This document shows positions 59,733 to 64,000 of a stretch of 64,000 nt of DNA, in pieces. This DNA comes from Candidatus Spongiisociaceae bacterium (GTDB taxonomy: Bacteria; Actinomycetota; Acidimicrobiia; Spongiisociales; Spongiisociaceae). A model generated the notes under the pieces. That model worked only from the letters and a program-made list of their open reading frames with translations. It searched no databases and was not told the DNA's origin. Each line of letters opens with the position of its first letter. Within the stretch, counting starts at the first letter, position 1. The stretch lies in NCBI GenBank assembly GCA_965262915.1, contig OZ253564.1, positions 3,072,001-3,136,000 of the forward strand. The letters run 5' to 3'. Made by a program: the position numbers and the translations under genes.

Positions 59733-60749
59733 ATTAAGGCTGCCCTGCTTACCGCCTACGGGGAACCGTTGGAGATCAGGGATGTCCCCACACCCAGGCC
59801 GGGACCCGGCCAGGTGCTGGTACGCGTCGCCGGGGTGGGCGTGTGCCACTCCGACCTCACGGTGGTCTCGGGTCGTTCGAGGATCACCTTCGGCCTTCCG
59901 TTGATCCTCGGTCACGAGGTCTCCGGCTATGTGGCCGCACTGGGAAAGGGCGTGACAGGGATCGAGGAAGGTGATCCGGTCGCGGTCTTCGGTGCGTGGG
60001 GATGCGGGCAGTGCCGGTACTGCGTCCGCGGGGACGAGCAGGCGTGTGACCAGTTGCGCTGGGTCGGACACGGCCCTCCCGGTGGCTACGCCGAGTACCT
60101 GATGGTCCCGGCTGCCCGCCACCTCGAGCTGATCGGGAAGCTGGATCCGGTGGAAGCGGCGGCCCTCACCGACGCCGGTCTCACCCCCTACCGGGCGGTG
60201 CGGCGGGCGCTGCCCCGACTGGTTCCGGGTTCGGTGGCGGTGGCGATCGGGATCGGAGGCCTAGGGCACTTCGGGTTGCAGTACCTGAGGATCCTCTCTG
60301 CTGCCCGCGTGGTGGCCGTGGACACCTCGCCGCTTGCCCGCCGCCTCGCGACGCGCCTAGGCGCCGACCTCGTGCTCGACCCCGCCGACGACGTGGCCGG
60401 CATGGTGCGGGACCTGACCGGGGGTGACGGCGCCGACGTGGTGCTCGACTTCGTCGGGTCCAGCGCCACCATGGAGCTCTCGGTTCGTGTGGTCGGCCGT
60501 TTCGCCCTGATCGTCAACGTGGGCCTCGGAGGCGGCGTCCTGTCCTATTCGCCCTACGGCTACCCTGCGGAGGTCGACCTGACCACCGCGTGGTGGGGCA
60601 GCCGCAACGACCTTCACGAGGTGGTGTCTCTGGCCCGCGCCGGCCGGCTTACCCCGTCATTGGAACGCCATCCACTCGGAGAGGTCAACGAGGTCCTGGC
60701 CCGCCTCGAGGCGGGGAAAGTGGAGGGCCGGGCAGTCCTGATCCCCTAG
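59733..60749 (+). CDS. Zn-dependent alcohol dehydrogenase, probable ATT start
   Basis: (M)KAALL, GVCHSD, GHE, CGQCRYC...C, GIGGLG, GRAVLIP; GGAGGT RBS 7 nt before ATT. Confidence 0.9.
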   Translation: MKAALLTAYGEPLEIRDVPTPRPGPGQVLVRVAGVGVCHSDLTVVSGRSRITFGLPLILGHEVSGYVAALGKGVTGIEEGDPVAVFGAWGCGQCRYCVRGDEQACDQLRWVGHGPPGGYAEYLMVPAARHLELIGKLDPVEAAALTDAGLTPYRAVRRALPRLVPGSVAVAIGIGGLGHFGLQYLRILSAARVVAVDTSPLARRLATRLGADLVLDPADDVAGMVRDLTGGDGADVVLDFVGSSATMELSVRVVGRFALIVNVGLGGGVLSYSPYGYPAEVDLTTAWWGSRNDLHEVVSLARAGRLTPSLERHPLGEVNEVLARLEAGKVEGRAVLIP

Positions 60750-60901
60750 CCGGACACCGGCGACATTGCCGAATCCTTCCGGGAGGCCGTCCCCGGACCC
60801 GTCCCGGACGCCGGATGACCCAGGTATGTAACATGTCGTGCGATTGCCCGGGACGGGCCGGACTGTGTGTGCCTTCCCGGGATCCAACGAGAAGGAGACA
60901 T

Positions 60902-62734
60902 ATGTTGATCCATCGAACAGCCCGCTGGTGGGCGCTGCTGCTGACGCTGGCATTGTTCGCCATGGCTTGCGGCTCGGACGATACGGAAGAGGCCGCGCCT
61001 GCGACCACCGCGGCGCCCGCGACCACTTCCGCACCGGCCACCACCGCTGCTGCGGCGGAGGTAACGACTGCTACCACGGTCGTCGAGGTGGGCACCACAA
61101 CCACGACCCAGGCCCCGGAAGGCGCGACCACAACGACGGCTGCCCCGACCACAACCACAACCGAGGCGATGGCCGAGCCCCTGACAGGCCGCGAGGCGAC
61201 CGTGGTGGTCGGCAAGAAGATGGATGCCGACACCAAGTTCGACCCGGCCCGGGCCTTCGAGGAACTGTACGTACTGGTACTCGGATCCGCTTACGACACG
61301 CTGGTGCAGTGGGCGCCGACCGAAAACGGGTATGACTACCAGAAGCTGATTCCCGAGTTGGCTACCGAGTGGTCGTCCAACGCCGCCGCCACCCAATGGA
61401 CCTTCACGCTGGACCCGAACGCCCGCTTCCACGACGGGGCGTCGGTCACCTCCGAGGATGTTGCTTTCTCGTTCATGCGCCTGAAGAACGTGGCCGGTAC
61501 ACCCTCCTACCAGGCGGCCAACATCGACAGCGCCGATACGCCCGACCCCCAGACCGTCGTGTTCAACCTGGCCGCGCCCGACCCGGAGTTCCCAGGCCTG
61601 ACCACCGCTGCCGCTTTCAGCGTCCTCAACAGCGCGCTCGTGAGGGCCAACGGCGGTACGGACGGGGAGGACGCCGCAGAGACCGACACCGCCGAGGAGT
61701 GGTTGGCTCTCAACAGCGCCGGCTCCGGTCCGTTCACCTTCGACTTCTCCGACCCGGGCAACCGCCTCGAGATCGTCCGAGTCGACGACTACTGGGCTGG
61801 TTCGCCCGCCGTCATGGAGCGGGTCATCTTCGTGAACATCCCCGAGGCGCAATCGCGCATCGACGCGCTGAGCCGCGGCGATATCGACCTGGCGTGGACA
61901 GTGATCCCGCATCAGGCCGCGTCGTTGGGAGAGAACTTCACGATCCTCCAGGCCAACACCAACCATTGGTACTACGTGATGTTCACGACCGATCCGAACA
62001 ACAACGCGTTCGTGGCCAACCCGACGGTCCAGAAGGCGCTCAAGTACGCCATCGACTACGACGGCCTCCAGCGACTCTGCCCCGGCTACACCGCCAACCG
62101 GGTGTACGGGCTCGCACCGATGCGGCTGGGCGGCATCACCGAGGGTTACGAGCGCGACCTCGACAAGGCCCGTGAGTTGCTGGCAGAAGCGGGCTATCCC
62201 GACGGCTACAACGACTCGGAGAACCCGATCCGTCTCCAGACGTTCCAGTGGAGCGGGTTCTGTCCCGGATTCGGCGACGTGGCCCAGAAGTTGGCCTCCG
62301 ACTTCAACGACATCGGCGTCGTTACCGAGGTGCAGATCCGGGACGCCGGCGTCTTCTTCACCGACTTCCGCAAGGGTGACCTCGACATCAACGTGAGCGA
62401 CTGGTTCCCTGAGTACCCGTCAGCGGTGAACTCGGCACAGGTGTCGTTCGCCGACGGGTTCCTGTCGTGGCAGCGGTCGCTATGGCCCGACAATTCGGAG
62501 GGCTGGCCTCTCTATGAGGAAACCCTGGCGGCTGGCCACGCCACGCTGGAGGCCATCGATCCGGCAGAGCGGATCAGGCTTCTGAACGAGACCGAGCGGT
62601 TCAGCCTGGAGAGCAACCCGACCCACCTGATGGTCGAGATCCCCGAGTGGTACCCGCACGTCAACACACTGACCGGCGTCTACTACCACGCCGTCTATCG
62701 GTTCGAGCCCTACCGGATGGGGCGGTCCCGGTAG
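60902..62734 (+). CDS. ABC transporter substrate-binding lipoprotein, family 5, with Thr/Ala/Pro-rich linker
   Basis: Lipobox AMAC; ATTAAPATT repeats; PELA.EW, FHDG...DVAFS, GSGPF; AAGGAG RBS. Confidence 0.92.
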   Translation: MLIHRTARWWALLLTLALFAMACGSDDTEEAAPATTAAPATTSAPATTAAAAEVTTATTVVEVGTTTTTQAPEGATTTTAAPTTTTTEAMAEPLTGREATVVVGKKMDADTKFDPARAFEELYVLVLGSAYDTLVQWAPTENGYDYQKLIPELATEWSSNAAATQWTFTLDPNARFHDGASVTSEDVAFSFMRLKNVAGTPSYQAANIDSADTPDPQTVVFNLAAPDPEFPGLTTAAAFSVLNSALVRANGGTDGEDAAETDTAEEWLALNSAGSGPFTFDFSDPGNRLEIVRVDDYWAGSPAVMERVIFVNIPEAQSRIDALSRGDIDLAWTVIPHQAASLGENFTILQANTNHWYYVMFTTDPNNNAFVANPTVQKALKYAIDYDGLQRLCPGYTANRVYGLAPMRLGGITEGYERDLDKARELLAEAGYPDGYNDSENPIRLQTFQWSGFCPGFGDVAQKLASDFNDIGVVTEVQIRDAGVFFTDFRKGDLDINVSDWFPEYPSAVNSAQVSFADGFLSWQRSLWPDNSEGWPLYEETLAAGHATLEAIDPAERIRLLNETERFSLESNPTHLMVEIPEWYPHVNTLTGVYYHAVYRFEPYRMGRSR

Positions 62735-62761
62735 TCGAGGTGTCGCGGGAGACCGGACAAC

Positions 62762-62798
62762 GGATCGGGGGGCGGCCCAGGCGGTCGCCCCCCGATCC
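62762..62798 (+). promoter_or_regulatory. Strong GC-rich hairpin between SBP and permease genes (attenuator or mRNA stabiliser)
   Basis: GGATCGGGGGGCGGCC-CAGGC-GGTCGCCCCCCGATCC. Confidence 0.6.
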
Positions 62799-62838
62799 CC
62801 TTCTCGCGCGACGTACGCCATGACCTTGAGGAGTTGAG

Positions 62839-63876
62839 GTGCGCTGGTTCGCGCTGCGGCGCCTCGCCCTAGCCCCGTTCGTGCTGCTGGGCATGACCGG
62901 CATCACCTTCTTGGTGTCCCAGCTGATCCCCATCGACCCGGTGGCGGCCTACCTGGGCGGTCGGGGGGCGGCCCACTCCGACGCGGCCGAACAGGCGATC
63001 ATCGACGCCCTCAACGCCCGCTGGGGATGGGACAAACCGATCCCGCAGCGCTACTGGATCTACCTGACCAACCTGCTGCGGGGTGACATGGGCGATTCGA
63101 GCCACACGGCGCGTGCGGTCAGCACCGACTTGGCCAACGTGGTGCCCCCCACCATCGAGCTGGTGGTGGCGGCTCTCGTGATTGCCCTTGTCTTCGGTAT
63201 CCCGCTCGGCGTGTTCGCGGCGGCGCGCCGGGGGGGTGTCTGGGACGAGGCCTTCAAGGTGATCTCGACCCTGGCGATATCGGTCCCGGTGTTCTGGCTG
63301 GCCATCGTCGGGTTCACTGTCTTTTACGGACGGCTCGGCTGGGCGGCCGGGCCGGGCCAGCTGGACATCTTCACCCGCCCGCCGCCGGAGGTGACCCGGA
63401 TGGTCGTGGTCGACTCCATACTCGCCCGCCGATGGGATACCTTGGTGGACACCCTCCACCACCTGGCCTTCCCCGCTCTGTTACTGGGGTCGGTCATCGG
63501 CTTCTACTTCGCCCGGGTGGTCCGCTCCGAGATGGTCGAAGCCTTGGAGTCGGACTATGTCCGCACCGCCCGGGGCAAGGGCCTGCGCCGCCGGCTGGTC
63601 CTCTACCGCCACGCCCTGCGAAACGCCCTCATCCCGGTGATCACGCTCTCGGGCCTCGCCTTCGGATCGCTGCTAACCGGGGTCATCGTGGTCGAACACG
63701 TGGTGGGGTGGCCGGGCCTAGGCCAGTACGCCTTCGTAGCGGCCACCCGCTTGGACCTCAACGCCATAACGGGCGTGGTGCTGGTGATCAGCCTGGCCTA
63801 CGTCTTGGCGAACCTGGCGGTCGACCTGCTGTATACGGTGGCCGACCCGCGGGTGCGCGACGGGATGAGGTCGTGA
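62839..63876 (+). CDS. Peptide ABC transporter permease (DppB-like)
   Basis: GDMGDS, PVFWL, DYVRTARGKG, HALRNALIPVIT, WPGLG, DPRVR. Confidence 0.94.
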   Translation: MRWFALRRLALAPFVLLGMTGITFLVSQLIPIDPVAAYLGGRGAAHSDAAEQAIIDALNARWGWDKPIPQRYWIYLTNLLRGDMGDSSHTARAVSTDLANVVPPTIELVVAALVIALVFGIPLGVFAAARRGGVWDEAFKVISTLAISVPVFWLAIVGFTVFYGRLGWAAGPGQLDIFTRPPPEVTRMVVVDSILARRWDTLVDTLHHLAFPALLLGSVIGFYFARVVRSEMVEALESDYVRTARGKGLRRRLVLYRHALRNALIPVITLSGLAFGSLLTGVIVVEHVVGWPGLGQYAFVAATRLDLNAITGVVLVISLAYVLANLAVDLLYTVADPRVRDGMRS

Positions 63877-64000
63877 CATCGGGCCGGGTACGCCGACTGG
63901 AGGAGGCGGCTGCGCCGACCCGCCTCGCGACAACCCTGGCGTCGCTTCGGCCCCGGACGTTCCTCGAGACCTACGGCGTGTTGGTGATCCTGGTGATGGT
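63873..64000 (+). CDS. Probable second permease (DppC-like), truncated by window edge
   Basis: GTGA overlap with the upstream stop; open frame ending in a hydrophobic stretch (YGVLVILVM). Confidence 0.55.
   Translation, partial: MTSGRVRRLEEAAAPTRLATTLASLRPRTFLETYGVLVILVM

Noticed and set aside
60990-61170. Tandem GCGACCACC/ACC-rich repeats
   Set aside because: They encode the ordinary Thr/Ala/Pro linker of the lipoprotein SBP.
1-64000. tRNA (incl. tRNA-Sec), rRNA, integrase or transposase genes
   Set aside because: None recognisable by eye in this window.

Overview
High-GC (~67%) actinobacterial DNA; the gene content is consistent with Acidimicrobiia (inference). The housekeeping backbone comprises an MprAB-like two-component system (kinase frameshifted), a split suf cluster, udgB, a sigma-70 factor, gltBD, arfB/menA, aceE, a PIG-L deacetylase, moaA, Tad pseudopilins and a peptide ABC transporter. 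It is interleaved with catabolic islands: aconitase X plus a FAD oxidoreductase, a decaying inositol-like cluster, and a 33.8-47 kb amine/betaine-type cluster. The most notable signal is a selenoprotein missed by the ORF track. A GrdB-like reductase B subunit (39183-40511) reads through an in-frame TGA that is followed, exactly 11 nt later, by a 17-nt SECIS-like hairpin. It has lost both cysteines of the UxxCxxC motif, its GrdE/GrdI-like partner lacks the pyruvoyl-forming Cys, and the pair sits between a BKACE cleavage enzyme and a choline sulfatase with no grdA/C/D in the window. The window also carries at least five families of short non-autonomous MITEs. One cleanly interrupts an Mrr-like endonuclease and two sit at deletion points of pseudogenes. 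Other signals are two probable ATT start codons and a tandem amidohydrolase pair with complementary losses of metal ligands. All calls come from reading the sequence by eye; no database search was run.
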